Source: an uncultured Eubacteriales bacterium
Lineage (GTDB): Bacteria > Bacillota > Clostridia > Oscillospirales > Acutalibacteraceae
Direction of reading: 5' to 3'
Length of the DNA: 25,341 nt
NCBI GenBank assembly: GCA_900321595.1
Contig: ONWP01000017.1
Location: 1 to 25,341 of the forward strand
Under the pieces are notes generated by a model, which saw only the letters and a program-made list of their open reading frames with translations, was not told the DNA's origin and searched no databases. Within the stretch, counting starts at the first letter, position 1. Every line of letters begins with the position of its first letter. Shown here in pieces: positions 1 through 9,196 of the stretch. The position numbers and the translations under genes are program-made.

Positions 1-1
1 C

Positions 2-1624
2 GACTACGACACCGCCTATCTCGTCGCCGACGAGTTCGGCGCGAAGATCACAAAGGAGGTCGTCGTCTCCATTGAGCACCGCCTCTTCGGCGAGGACGAG
101 GAACACGCGGAGGATCTTGTCACCCGCGCGCCGGTCGTGTGCGTCATGGGCCATGTTGACCACGGCAAGACCTCCCTGCTCGACGCGATCCGCCACACGA
201 ACGTCACCGGCGGCGAGGCCGGCGGCATCACGCAGCACATCGGCGCCTACCGCGTCAACATCGACGGCCGCGACATCACCTTCCTCGATACGCCCGGCCA
301 CGAAGCCTTCACCGCCATGCGCGCCCGCGGCGCGCAGGCGACGGACATCGCGATCCTGGTCGTCGCCGCCGACGACGGCATCATGCCGCAGACCATCGAG
401 GCGATCAACCACGCCAAGGCCGCCGGCGTCACCGTCATCGTCGCCGTAAACAAGATGGACAAGCCCGGCGTCAGCGTCGACCGCGTGCTGCAGCAGCTCA
501 CCGAATATGAGCTGGTGCCCGAGGAGTGGGGCGGCGACACCATCGTGGTGCCCGTCTCCGCGAAGACCGGTATGGGCATCGATCAGCTGCTTGAGTCCAT
601 CCTGCTGGTCGCCGAGGTCAAGGAGCTCAAGGCCAACCCGAACCGCGCGGCGAGAGGCATCGTCATCGAGGCGCGTCTGGACAAGGGCAGAGGCCCCATC
701 GCCACGCTGCTCGTGCAGAACGGCACGCTGCGCACCGGCGACATCATCGTCGCGGGCACCGCGGTCGGCCGCGTCCGCGTCATGACCGACTACAACGGCA
801 ACCCGATCAAGGAGGCCGGACCCAGCGTCCCCGTCGAGGTCGCGGGCCTTGCCGAGGCGCCGGGCGCGGGCGACGCGTTCGACGCGGTCAGCGATGAGCG
901 TCTTGCCCGCGATCTGGTCGAACAGCGCAAGCAGGAGGCCAAGGACGCCGCGTTCAACGCCCGTCAGAAGGTCACGCTGCAGAACCTGTTCTCCACGCTG
1001 GCGCAGGGCTCCGTGAAGGAGCTGAACATCATCGTCAAGGCCGACGTGCAGGGCTCCGTCGAGGCCGTCACCCAGTCGCTGGAGAAGCTCTCCAACGACG
1101 AGGTGCGCGTCAAGGTCATCCACGGCGGCGTGGGCGCCGTCAACGAGTCGGACGTCATGCTGGCCAACGCCTCCGGCGCGATCATCATCGGCTTCCACGT
1201 GCGTCCCGATTCCATGGCCGAGGCGGCCGCCGAGCGCGACAACGTGGAAATGCGCATGTACATGGTCATCTACGACTGCATCGAAGACGTGCAGGCCGCG
1301 ATCAAGGGCATGCTCGCCCCGAAGGTGCGCGACGTGGAGCTGGGCAAGCTCGAGGTGCGCAAGACCATCAAGGTCTCCTCGATCGGCACCATCGCCGGCT
1401 GCTACGTGCTCACCGGCAAGGTCACCCGCGGCGCGAAGATCCGCGTGGTGCGCGACGGCATCGTGGTGGCAGAGGACGAGCTGTCCTCCCTCAAGCGCTT
1501 CAAGGACGATGTGAAGGAAGTCGCGCAGGGCTACGAGTGCGGCATCACTCTCAACAAGTTCGGCGACATCAAGGAGGGCGACATTTTCGAGGCCTACGCC
1601 ACAGAGGAGTACACGGAGGATTGA
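2..1624 (+). CDS. infB: Translation initiation factor IF-2, 5'-truncated by the window edge
   Basis: The frame is open from nt 2 ([13 protein letters not shown]...). G-domain motifs [20 protein letters not shown] and NKMD are present, plus IF-2 C-terminal motifs [12 protein letters not shown] and [11 protein letters not shown]...ECGI. The provided start at 137 is internal. Confidence 0.99.
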   Translation, partial: DYDTAYLVADEFGAKITKEVVVSIEHRLFGEDEEHAEDLVTRAPVVCVMGHVDHGKTSLLDAIRHTNVTGGEAGGITQHIGAYRVNIDGRDITFLDTPGHEAFTAMRARGAQATDIAILVVAADDGIMPQTIEAINHAKAAGVTVIVAVNKMDKPGVSVDRVLQQLTEYELVPEEWGGDTIVVPVSAKTGMGIDQLLESILLVAEVKELKANPNRAARGIVIEARLDKGRGPIATLLVQNGTLRTGDIIVAGTAVGRVRVMTDYNGNPIKEAGPSVPVEVAGLAEAPGAGDAFDAVSDERLARDLVEQRKQEAKDAAFNARQKVTLQNLFSTLAQGSVKELNIIVKADVQGSVEAVTQSLEKLSNDEVRVKVIHGGVGAVNESDVMLANASGAIIIGFHVRPDSMAEAAAERDNVEMRMYMVIYDCIEDVQAAIKGMLAPKVRDVELGKLEVRKTIKVSSIGTIAGCYVLTGKVTRGAKIRVVRDGIVVAEDELSSLKRFKDDVKEVAQGYECGITLNKFGDIKEGDIFEAYATEEYTED

Positions 1625-1630
1625 TCCCCT

Positions 1631-2008
1631 ATGTCAGTATATAAAAAAGACCGCATGGCGGAGGACGTCCGGCGGGAGATCACGGCCATCATCGGGGAGC
1701 TGAAGGATCCCCGGGTGGCGGGCAAGCTCCTGACGGTCGTCCGCATCGAGCTGGCGCACGACCTGTCCTACGGCAAGGTCTACGTCAGCGCCTACGACGG
1801 GCTGGAGACCGCGAAGACCGCCGTGGAGGGCATCACCCACGCGACGGGACTGATCCGGCGGGAGCTCAGCGCCCGTCTTCGCATCCGCAAGAGCCCGGAG
1901 CTCAAGTTCATCGCGGACGACAGCGTCCGCGCCGGGATCGAGCTCTGGCAGAATTTCGAAAAGAACAATACCGCGGGCGGAGGAGACGATGGATCTGACG
2001 AGAAGTGA
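1631..2008 (+). CDS. rbfA: 30S ribosome-binding factor A
   Basis: Sequence shows RMAEDVRREI...LKDPRV...DLSYGKVYVS...RIRKSPELKFIAD, and the gene sits directly after infB. Confidence 0.97.
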   Translation: MSVYKKDRMAEDVRREITAIIGELKDPRVAGKLLTVVRIELAHDLSYGKVYVSAYDGLETAKTAVEGITHATGLIRRELSARLRIRKSPELKFIADDSVRAGIELWQNFEKNNTAGGGDDGSDEK

Positions 2009-2954
2009 GGCGGCCGCGCTTCTGCGCGATATGGACGACGTTCTGGTCCTGGCGCATGAGAATCCGGACGGCGACGCCGTGGGCAGCGTGTATGCCCTTG
2101 CGCTGGCGCTGCAGGCGATGGACAAGCGTGTCCGGCCGTGTCTGGACACGCTGCCGCACACCATGGAGGGCCTTGCCGAGGGGCTGTCCTTCCCGGATTT
2201 TACGCCCCGGTACATCGTGGCCGTGGACGTCTCCGACCGGAAGATCCTCGGCGTGACAGGCGCGGGGCTCGCGCGGGACTGCCGGGTGGATCTGTGCGTC
2301 GATCATCACGTTTCCAACACGCATTACGCGCAGGAAACCTGTCTGGACGCGTCCGCCGCTGCCGCCGCGGAGATCGTCTATGATCTGGTGAAGCTGCTGA
2401 ACGTCCCGCTGACGCGGCGGCTGGCGGACTGTCTGTACACCGGCGTCTCCACCGACACGGGCTGCTTCCGCTACGGCAACACGACCGCCAGAAGCTTCGA
2501 GATCGCGGCGGAGCTCGTCCGCGCCGGCGCGGACATCGCCCGGATCAACAAGATCCATTTTGAGACAAAGACGCGGCAGTACGCGGCGCTCGAACGCGAG
2601 GCGCTCGCCAATCTGACGCTTTATGATGACGGACGATGCGCGCTGATGACCGTGACGCATGAGATGATCGAGCGTTCCGGCGTGCAGGAGACCGAGATGC
2701 AGGCGCTCTCCGCGCTGCCGCGGCAGATCGAGGGCGTCCTGACCGCGGCGACGCTCAAGGAGCGCGACCCCGGCGAGTTCCGGGTGAGCATCCGCACCAA
2801 TGAAAACGCCGACGCGCAGGCGATGGCATCGCTGCTGGGCGGCGGCGGTCACCGGGCGGCGGCCGGCTGCAACGCGTACGGCACGCGCGCCGAGGCCGAA
2901 GCCGCCGTTCTCGCGGCGATGCGGACGGTCCTGCGCGATCAGGGGCTGTTATGA
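1989..2954 (+). CDS. nrnA: DHH/DHHA1 bifunctional oligoribonuclease/pAp phosphatase (NrnA-like)
   Basis: Motifs HENPDGDAVGS, VDHH, TDTGCFRY and GGGHRAAAG are present. It occupies the usual rbfA-DHH-truB position in Firmicutes. RBS GGAG precedes the ATG. Confidence 0.92.
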   Translation: MDLTRSEAAALLRDMDDVLVLAHENPDGDAVGSVYALALALQAMDKRVRPCLDTLPHTMEGLAEGLSFPDFTPRYIVAVDVSDRKILGVTGAGLARDCRVDLCVDHHVSNTHYAQETCLDASAAAAAEIVYDLVKLLNVPLTRRLADCLYTGVSTDTGCFRYGNTTARSFEIAAELVRAGADIARINKIHFETKTRQYAALEREALANLTLYDDGRCALMTVTHEMIERSGVQETEMQALSALPRQIEGVLTAATLKERDPGEFRVSIRTNENADAQAMASLLGGGGHRAAAGCNAYGTRAEAEAAVLAAMRTVLRDQGLL

Positions 2955-3811
2955 ACGGATTTTTGATTTTGGACAAGCCGGCGGAGATCACATCGTTCTC
3001 CGCCGTGCGGCATGTCCGGCGCTGTTTATCGGAAAAGAAGGTCGGGCACAGCGGAACGCTGGATCCGATGGCGACCGGCGTCCTGACCGTGGCGGTCGGA
3101 CGCGCGACGGCCTTTCTCGAGCTGCTGCCGGATCACGACAAATCGTACGAAAGCGTATTCCGCCTCGGGCTGACGACCGATACGCTGGACATCACCGGCA
3201 CGATCCTGTCGCGCAGCGACGATATCCCTGACGAGGCGGCCGTGCGAAGCGCGCTCGACGCGTTCCGCGGCGAGATCACCCAGCTGCCGCCGATGTATTC
3301 CGCCGTCAAGGTGAACGGGCAGCGGCTGTATGAGCTGGCGCGGCAGGGCCGTGAGGCGGCGCGTCAGCCCCGGCAGGCGACCGTCTGCGCGCTCGACTGC
3401 GAACGGCTGTCCGAACGGGAGTACGCGCTCCGGCTGTCGTGCTCCTCCGGCACCTACGTGCGCTCGATCATCGACGATCTGGGACGGGCGCTCGGCTGCG
3501 GCGCGGTGATGACGTACCTGCGCAGGACGCGGGCCAACGGCTTCGCGCTCTCGGACGCGGTGCGGCTCGACGAGCTGTCGCCGGATACGCCGCTGCTGCC
3601 GGTCGAACGCGCCATGGAGACGTACCCGGCTGTATACGTGACCGAAAAGCAGGCCGTGCGCTTCTCCAACGGCGGCAGTCTGGACCGGGAGCGGCTGCGC
3701 TTTGAGGGGGAAGACGGGCTCGTCCGTGTCTACGGCCCGAAAAACGCCTTTCTGGGCGTGGGAACGATGGGCGGCGACGCGCTTTCCGTGAAAAAACTGT
3801 ATTTGGTATGA
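2951..3811 (+). CDS. truB: tRNA pseudouridine(55) synthase
   Basis: Motifs KVGHSGTLDPMATGVL, QLPPMYSAVKVNGQRLYELAR and CSSGTYVRS are present. ATGA overlap with the upstream stop codon. Confidence 0.98.
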   Translation: MNGFLILDKPAEITSFSAVRHVRRCLSEKKVGHSGTLDPMATGVLTVAVGRATAFLELLPDHDKSYESVFRLGLTTDTLDITGTILSRSDDIPDEAAVRSALDAFRGEITQLPPMYSAVKVNGQRLYELARQGREAARQPRQATVCALDCERLSEREYALRLSCSSGTYVRSIIDDLGRALGCGAVMTYLRRTRANGFALSDAVRLDELSPDTPLLPVERAMETYPAVYVTEKQAVRFSNGGSLDRERLRFEGEDGLVRVYGPKNAFLGVGTMGGDALSVKKLYLV

Positions 3812-4704
3812 AGCATGATATGACACCGGCCGCCGTGGCGCTCGGCACCTTCGACGGTCTGCATCTGGGACATATGGCGGTGATCAGGGCCGCGCTGGCC
3901 GCGTCGGGGACAACGCCCGAGGCGCTGCTTTTTGATACGCATCCGCTGGAGGCGCTGCGCGGACAGGCGCCGCCCGCGCTTCTGACGGCGGCGCAGCGGC
4001 TCGACATGCTCGAGGCGCTCGGCGTGCGCGGTGTGACCGTGCGGTTTGCCGAGATCCGGGATATGTCGCCGGAGACCTTCGTGCGGGCGATCCTGCGCGA
4101 CAGGCTCGGCGCGAGCCGCGTCTTCTGCGGCGGCAATTACCGGTTCGGCCGCGGCGGCGCGGGCACCGCGGAAACGCTGACGGCGCTCTGCGCCCGCGAG
4201 GGGATCGCCGTTTCGACGGTGCCCGCCGTGCTTTGGGGCGGCGCGCTCATCAGCTCGACGCGGATCCGCGAGGCGCTCTCGCGCGGCGACGTGCCGGAGG
4301 CGAACGCCATGCTGGGGCGGCGCTTCGGCTATGCCTTCCCGGTGGCGCACGGCGACGCCAGAGGACATTCGCTGGGCTTCCCGACGGCTAATCAGCATTT
4401 CCCCGCCGGCTTCTGCATTCCGCGGCACGGCGTTTACGCGTCGACGGCGACCGTCGGCGGCCGGCTGTATCCGGCCATGACCAATATCGGCGTGCGTCCG
4501 ACCGTGGACGGGACGCGGGCGCGCAGCGAGACGCACATCTTCGGGTTCTCCGGCGACCTGTACGGTATATCCGTTCCCGTGGCGCTGCTGCGCTTCGTGC
4601 GGGACGAGCGGCGGTTTGACTCGCTGGACGCGCTCATACGGCAGATGACCTGTGATCGGGCCGTCTGCGAACAGATCTGTAAGGAGGAAGGCGTATGTCT
4701 TTGA
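3808..4704 (+). CDS. ribF: Bifunctional riboflavin kinase/FAD synthetase
   Basis: Motifs ALGTFDGLHLGH, GGNYRFG, ISSTRIR, GHSLGFPTAN, NIGVRPT and ETHI are present. ATGA overlap with truB. Confidence 0.97.
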   Translation: MKHDMTPAAVALGTFDGLHLGHMAVIRAALAASGTTPEALLFDTHPLEALRGQAPPALLTAAQRLDMLEALGVRGVTVRFAEIRDMSPETFVRAILRDRLGASRVFCGGNYRFGRGGAGTAETLTALCAREGIAVSTVPAVLWGGALISSTRIREALSRGDVPEANAMLGRRFGYAFPVAHGDARGHSLGFPTANQHFPAGFCIPRHGVYASTATVGGRLYPAMTNIGVRPTVDGTRARSETHIFGFSGDLYGISVPVALLRFVRDERRFDSLDALIRQMTCDRAVCEQICKEEGVCL

Positions 4705-5258
4705 TTCTGGCGTCGGGGTCGCCCCGCAGACGGGAGCTGCTGGCGATGGCGGGCTTTGATTTTACCGTCGTCACCTCTGACTGCGACGAGTCTCTGCCGG
4801 CGGGGATCGACCCGGAAAACGCCGTGCTGACGCTCAGCCGCCGCAAGGGGGACGCCGTGCGGGCGCATCACCCGGAGATCGCGGCGGATGACGCCGTCCT
4901 CGCCGCCGACACCGTCGTGGCCGTGGACGGGCTGATCCTGGGCAAGCCCGCCGACCGGGCGGACGCGAAGCGGATGCTGCGCCTGCTCTCGGGAAAGACG
5001 CATCAGGTCTACACCGGCGTCTGCATCACGAAGGGGGACCGGACGGCGCACTTCGCGGTCTGCTCCGACGTGACGTTCTACGCGCTGACGGACGCGGAGA
5101 TCGACGCTTACGCCGACACCGGCGAATGCGACGACAAGGCCGGCGCCTACGGTATTCAGGAAAAGGGCGGCCTGCTGGTCGAGTCGATCAGCGGCGACTG
5201 GTACAATATCGTCGGACTGCCTGTCGCGCGCGTGGCGCGCGCGCTGCGGGCGCTCTGA
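4695..5258 (+). CDS. maf: Maf family nucleoside triphosphate pyrophosphatase (YhdE-like)
   Basis: Motifs LILASGSPRRRELL, ADTVV, GKP and DKAGAYGIQ...NIVGLP are present. RBS AAGGAGG lies upstream. Confidence 0.96.
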   Translation: MSLILASGSPRRRELLAMAGFDFTVVTSDCDESLPAGIDPENAVLTLSRRKGDAVRAHHPEIAADDAVLAADTVVAVDGLILGKPADRADAKRMLRLLSGKTHQVYTGVCITKGDRTAHFAVCSDVTFYALTDAEIDAYADTGECDDKAGAYGIQEKGGLLVESISGDWYNIVGLPVARVARALRAL

Positions 5259-5307
5259 CGCGTTTTATACCCTGAACGGACAAACAGCGAAAAAAGGAAG
5301 TGGTCAA

Positions 5308-6825
5308 ATGGTCGAGATGACAACGAAAATCACGAGCGCGCGCATTTTTCGCAGAGGCGCGGAGGTGACGCGGCGCGGGACGGCGCGGCTTGAGGCCGGC
5401 GAGCAGGAGCTGTGCGTTTTCGGGCTGAGCGACACCGCGAACGAGGACACCTGCCGGCTGTTCAGCGAGGCGGGGATCCGCTGCACCGGGATCCGCTTCG
5501 GCATGGCGAAGACCGCGCGTACGAACAATGCGGACGTCGAACGCATCGACGCCGAGATCGACGGTCTGAACAGACAGCTGCAGATCAAGGACCTTCAGCG
5601 CAGGATGCTCGAATCGTACGGCACCGGCGCCGATCTCGACGGGGCCGCGTTCCTCGCCTATCTGGACGAGCAGGGCGTCCGGCTGCAGAAGCTCTACGAG
5701 GAGACGACCGCGCTGCAGGCGCAGATCAGGAAGCTTCAGCGGCAGCGCGCGGATCAGGCGAAACAGGACGAGCGGTATGTGATGCTGGTCAGCGTCACCG
5801 CCGCCGAAGCCGGCGAATACGCCTTCGATCTGCAGTATTTCGAGCCCGCCGCCAACTGGGAATCCATCTATGAGATCTATTCGGACGCGGTGAATCCGCT
5901 GGAGCTGCGCGTGCGCGGGCAGATCATACAGGAAACGGAGGAGGACTGGGAGGACGTGGCGATCAGCCTGTTTTCCGGGAATCCCACGACGTTTACGGAT
6001 CTGCCGAGGCTGGATCCGATCCGTCTGCGCTTTGAGGATCCGTATCAGTCTTCCTATGCGATGCCCGCGCCGATGATGGCCATGCCCTCCATGCCTATGG
6101 CGGCAGACTCCGCCTTCTCAGGCGGGGCCAAAAAGAAGCCCGGACGCACCCGTTCCGTGGAGGATACGAGTGAGCCGATGCTCAGCCGCGTCGAAACCGC
6201 GCCGGTGACGCAGCAGCAGGATGAGACGATGACCGCGTACACGCTGCCCGGCACGCGGAACATCCCGCGCGGCGCGCATGGGATCCAGGCTGATCTGGAG
6301 ACGATCCGCGTGCAGGCGCGGTATCAGATCATCTGCGCCGCGAAGGCGTCGCCGACCGCTTTCCTGATCGCCAATCTCGGCGAGGGGCTGCCGAACGTGA
6401 AATCCGGCACGGCGGGCGTTTACCTGAACGGGCGGTACTCCGGCAGCGCGAACCTGGATACGGACGATACCGACGACGTGACGATCACGCTCGGCCGGAT
6501 CGAGGGCTTGCGTATCAGCCGGGCGGAGATCTACAGGAAGCGCTCGAAAAAGGCGATCCGCGGCAAGACGGTCGAGGAATCCGTCTATGAGATCAAGATC
6601 GTCAACCCGACGGCGCAGAATATCAGCATGGAGGTCCGCGATCAGGTGCCGGTCCCGCAGGAAAAGGATATCCAGGTCGAGGTGCTCGAGCTCAGCGGCG
6701 GTCAGCTGGAACAGAAGACCGGCGTCGTCAGCTGGAACATCCGGATCCCGGCCGGACAGGGCTTTGCCCTGCGGCTCGGGTACCGTGTGACCTATCCGGA
6801 CGATAAGACGCTGACCGATTATTGA
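5308..6825 (+). CDS. DUF4140/DUF4139 (MuiA-like) protein
   Basis: N-terminal ITSARIFRRGAEVTR resembles DUF4140 and is followed by a coiled-coil-like segment. QETEEDWEDVAISLFSGNP and the C-terminal VRDQVPV...IQVEV...GVVSWNIRI...LGYRVTYP resemble DUF4139. Confidence 0.8.
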   Translation: MVEMTTKITSARIFRRGAEVTRRGTARLEAGEQELCVFGLSDTANEDTCRLFSEAGIRCTGIRFGMAKTARTNNADVERIDAEIDGLNRQLQIKDLQRRMLESYGTGADLDGAAFLAYLDEQGVRLQKLYEETTALQAQIRKLQRQRADQAKQDERYVMLVSVTAAEAGEYAFDLQYFEPAANWESIYEIYSDAVNPLELRVRGQIIQETEEDWEDVAISLFSGNPTTFTDLPRLDPIRLRFEDPYQSSYAMPAPMMAMPSMPMAADSAFSGGAKKKPGRTRSVEDTSEPMLSRVETAPVTQQQDETMTAYTLPGTRNIPRGAHGIQADLETIRVQARYQIICAAKASPTAFLIANLGEGLPNVKSGTAGVYLNGRYSGSANLDTDDTDDVTITLGRIEGLRISRAEIYRKRSKKAIRGKTVEESVYEIKIVNPTAQNISMEVRDQVPVPQEKDIQVEVLELSGGQLEQKTGVVSWNIRIPAGQGFALRLGYRVTYPDDKTLTDY

Positions 6826-6838
6826 CGCGCATTTTGAA

Positions 6839-6864
6839 GAGCAGTCCCGCGGGGCTGCTTTTTT
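6839..6864 (+). terminator. Rho-independent terminator
   Basis: Hairpin AGCAGTCCC-GC-GGGGCTGCT followed by a T run, just after the DUF4139 stop codon. Confidence 0.85.
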
Positions 6865-6882
6865 GTCTTGATTCTTCCGATA

Positions 6883-6911
6883 TTGACATATAACGGGCTT
6901 TGTGATACGAT
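6883..6911 (+). promoter_or_regulatory. Sigma70/SigA promoter for the aldo/keto reductase
   Basis: TTGACA at 6883-6888, 17-bp spacer, then TG-n-TACGAT at 6906-6911. Confidence 0.75.
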
Positions 6912-6951
6912 GAGGCGGAAAACGACCGGCAAAGAGGGGAGAGCGGATCCT

Positions 6952-7860
6952 ATGAAACAGGTATTATTCGGCGGTGAAAGCGTTTCGGCGGTGGCGATGG
7001 GCTGTATGCGCCTGACGGACGCGGCTTCGGTCGACCGGACGATCGGGACGGCGCTTGAATGCGGCGTCAGCTTTTTCGATCACGCGGATATCTACGGCGG
7101 CGGCGAATGCGAACGGCTGTTCGGCGCGTATCTCGCCGCGCACAAGGCGCTGCGCGACAAAATCTTCATCCAGACGAAGTGCGGCATCCGCAAGGGCTGC
7201 TACGACTTTTCCCGCGATCACATCATCGAGGCCGCGGAGGGCTCGCTGCGGCGGCTGGGCGTCGATCACGCGGACGCGCTCCTGCTGCATCGGCCGGATA
7301 CGCTGATGGAGCCGGAGGAGGTCGCCGAGGCGTTCGACCGGCTCGCGCAAAGCGGCAAGGTACGGCATTTCGGCGTGTCAAACCACAGCCCCATGCAGAT
7401 CGAGCTGCTGAAGACGGCGGTGCGGCAGCCCGTCGTCGCGGATCAGCTGCAGTTCTCCCTGACGGAATCCGGCATGGTCGCGTCCGGTCTGAACGTCAAC
7501 ATGAAAAACGACGAGTCGGTCATGCATGACGGCGCGCTGCTGGAGTACTGCCGGATCCGGGGGATCACGATCCAGACCTGGTCGCCGTTCCAGCGCGGCT
7601 TCTTCGGCGGCTCATTCATCGGCGACGAGGAAAACTATCCGGCGCTCAACGCGAAGCTGCGGATGCTGGCGGAAAAATACGGCGTCACGCCCACGGGCGT
7701 CGCCGCGGCGTGGATCCTGCGCCATCCGGCGCGGATGCAGCTGATCTCCGGGTCAATGGATCCCGCGCGGATCCGGGAGATCACGGCGGGCGCGGCGGTC
7801 GAGCTGTCCCGGGAGGACTGGTACAGCCTGTACCTGGCCGCCGGGTACCGTCTGCCCTGA
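6952..7860 (+). CDS. Aldo/keto reductase (YdhF/YcsN-like)
   Basis: Motifs MGCMRL, FDHADIYGGG, QTKCGI, LLLHRPD, GKVRHFGVSN and AWILRHP are present. The start is placed at ATG 6952 because it has an RBS (GAGGGGAG) and lies downstream of the promoter; the provided start at 6868 lies upstream of the promoter. Confidence 0.92.
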   Translation: MKQVLFGGESVSAVAMGCMRLTDAASVDRTIGTALECGVSFFDHADIYGGGECERLFGAYLAAHKALRDKIFIQTKCGIRKGCYDFSRDHIIEAAEGSLRRLGVDHADALLLHRPDTLMEPEEVAEAFDRLAQSGKVRHFGVSNHSPMQIELLKTAVRQPVVADQLQFSLTESGMVASGLNVNMKNDESVMHDGALLEYCRIRGITIQTWSPFQRGFFGGSFIGDEENYPALNAKLRMLAEKYGVTPTGVAAAWILRHPARMQLISGSMDPARIREITAGAAVELSREDWYSLYLAAGYRLP

Positions 7861-7871
7861 CATTTAAAAGG

Positions 7872-7906
7872 AAAAAACGGCCTCGGGGACTGACCCCGGG
7901 GCCGTT
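7872..7906. terminator. Hairpin terminator between convergent genes, T-tract on the minus strand
   Basis: AACGGCCTCGGGG-ACTGA-CCCCGGGGCCGTT preceded by an A run. Confidence 0.75.
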
Positions 7907-7918
7907 GACGCGCTGTTG

Positions 7919-9175
7919 TCAGCTGATCGTCGGTTCCTGCGCGAAGGCGTCGCGCACCGCGTAGTACGCGGGCTTCGGATTGCCCTCGCCGTCCACGATG
8001 CCCCAGCCGGTCTCCACGGGACAGTCGCTCTGCCCGCAGACGTAGCAGTGCTCGGAGTCGTTCCACATATAGAGGAACGCGCCGATGACGAAGCCGCAGT
8101 TTTTGAGCTTCGGGATCAGGTCGGCGTAGAATTTCGCCTGTCCCTCGGGGGAGTGCTCATAGCCGCGCAGACCGGTGCCCTCGGCCAGCTCCCGGTAGAT
8201 GTGGTTCGCGTACTCGCCGTCGAAGACCAGCGACGCGACCTCCGCGTCGGAGCGGTCCGCGTAGTTTTCGTTGATCTCCTCCGCCAGATCCTTCGGCAGC
8301 CTGTTCACAAAGGTCCAGATGTCCGCTCTGGCGGCCGCTTCGCTCTCAAAGCCGTAGGAGCGCAGGATCTCGGTCTTTTCCGCCTGCGTCTTGGGCTCGC
8401 CGAAGCCGATGTAGCCGAATTCCTGCATGATGATCGGCTTGTGGGTGACCAGCCGCACCAGCTGCAGGATCGCCATGTGCAGGTTGATGTCCTTGACGAT
8501 GTTCTCGAAGGAGCCCAGATACAGGTCCACGCCGATGTAATCGCAGTATTTGTGGTACTTCATCATGCGGAAGGGCAGCTGCAGGAAGCCGAGCCCGCCG
8601 AGATTGTAGCCCAGCAGCACGTCCCCGCGCAGGGGGTACATGGCCTCGAGCTGCACGCCGATGAACTTCGCGGCCTCATCCATGGTCAGGGGCAGGGTGA
8701 AGCGGTCCACGCCCATCTCGTTGGTCACCTGGATGCCGCCGGCGATGCCCTGCAGGTCCTCGATGATGAACCGCGCGATGGCCTGGATGCCGGGGATATC
8801 CGCCTCATTGCGGATATCCAGCCCGATCGCCCGGTAGTCGTCGGGGTAGGGGGTGACCGTCATGAGCTTGATGCCGTGGTCGGCGTACGCCTGCATTTCG
8901 GCCTTCCAGCGCTCCCAGCGGTCGGTCACATTGCCGTCCGCGTCAACGGGCATGGGCATATCCTCGCGGATCCAGCCGATGTTCGCGCCGGTGATCATGT
9001 CGTACTCGGGCTCTGGGTGGCAGACGCCGGCCATGAAGCCGCCGGCCTTTTCCAGCGCTTCGGGGATCGCCTTGTCGAATCGCGCCGTCAGGTCGAGCGT
9101 CATCACGCAGGCGACCGGCGTGATGATCGACAGCAGGACGGCGAGGAATTTGGTAAGAAATTTCGGCAGATGCAT
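7919..9175 (-). CDS. Secreted clan GH-A-like (TIM-barrel) glycoside hydrolase, family unassigned
   Basis: Hydrophobic N-terminal signal or anchor. Candidate acid/base QVTNEMG, DYIGVDLY, candidate nucleophile IIMQEFGY, and the C-terminal WGIVDGEGNPKPAYY typical of GH39/GH53/GH5-like enzymes. RBS GGAGGGA. Confidence 0.65.
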   Translation of the reverse strand: MHLPKFLTKFLAVLLSIITPVACVMTLDLTARFDKAIPEALEKAGGFMAGVCHPEPEYDMITGANIGWIREDMPMPVDADGNVTDRWERWKAEMQAYADHGIKLMTVTPYPDDYRAIGLDIRNEADIPGIQAIARFIIEDLQGIAGGIQVTNEMGVDRFTLPLTMDEAAKFIGVQLEAMYPLRGDVLLGYNLGGLGFLQLPFRMMKYHKYCDYIGVDLYLGSFENIVKDINLHMAILQLVRLVTHKPIIMQEFGYIGFGEPKTQAEKTEILRSYGFESEAAARADIWTFVNRLPKDLAEEINENYADRSDAEVASLVFDGEYANHIYRELAEGTGLRGYEHSPEGQAKFYADLIPKLKNCGFVIGAFLYMWNDSEHCYVCGQSDCPVETGWGIVDGEGNPKPAYYAVRDAFAQEPTIS

Positions 9176-9196
9176 AATCGTCCCTCCGTTCGCGTT

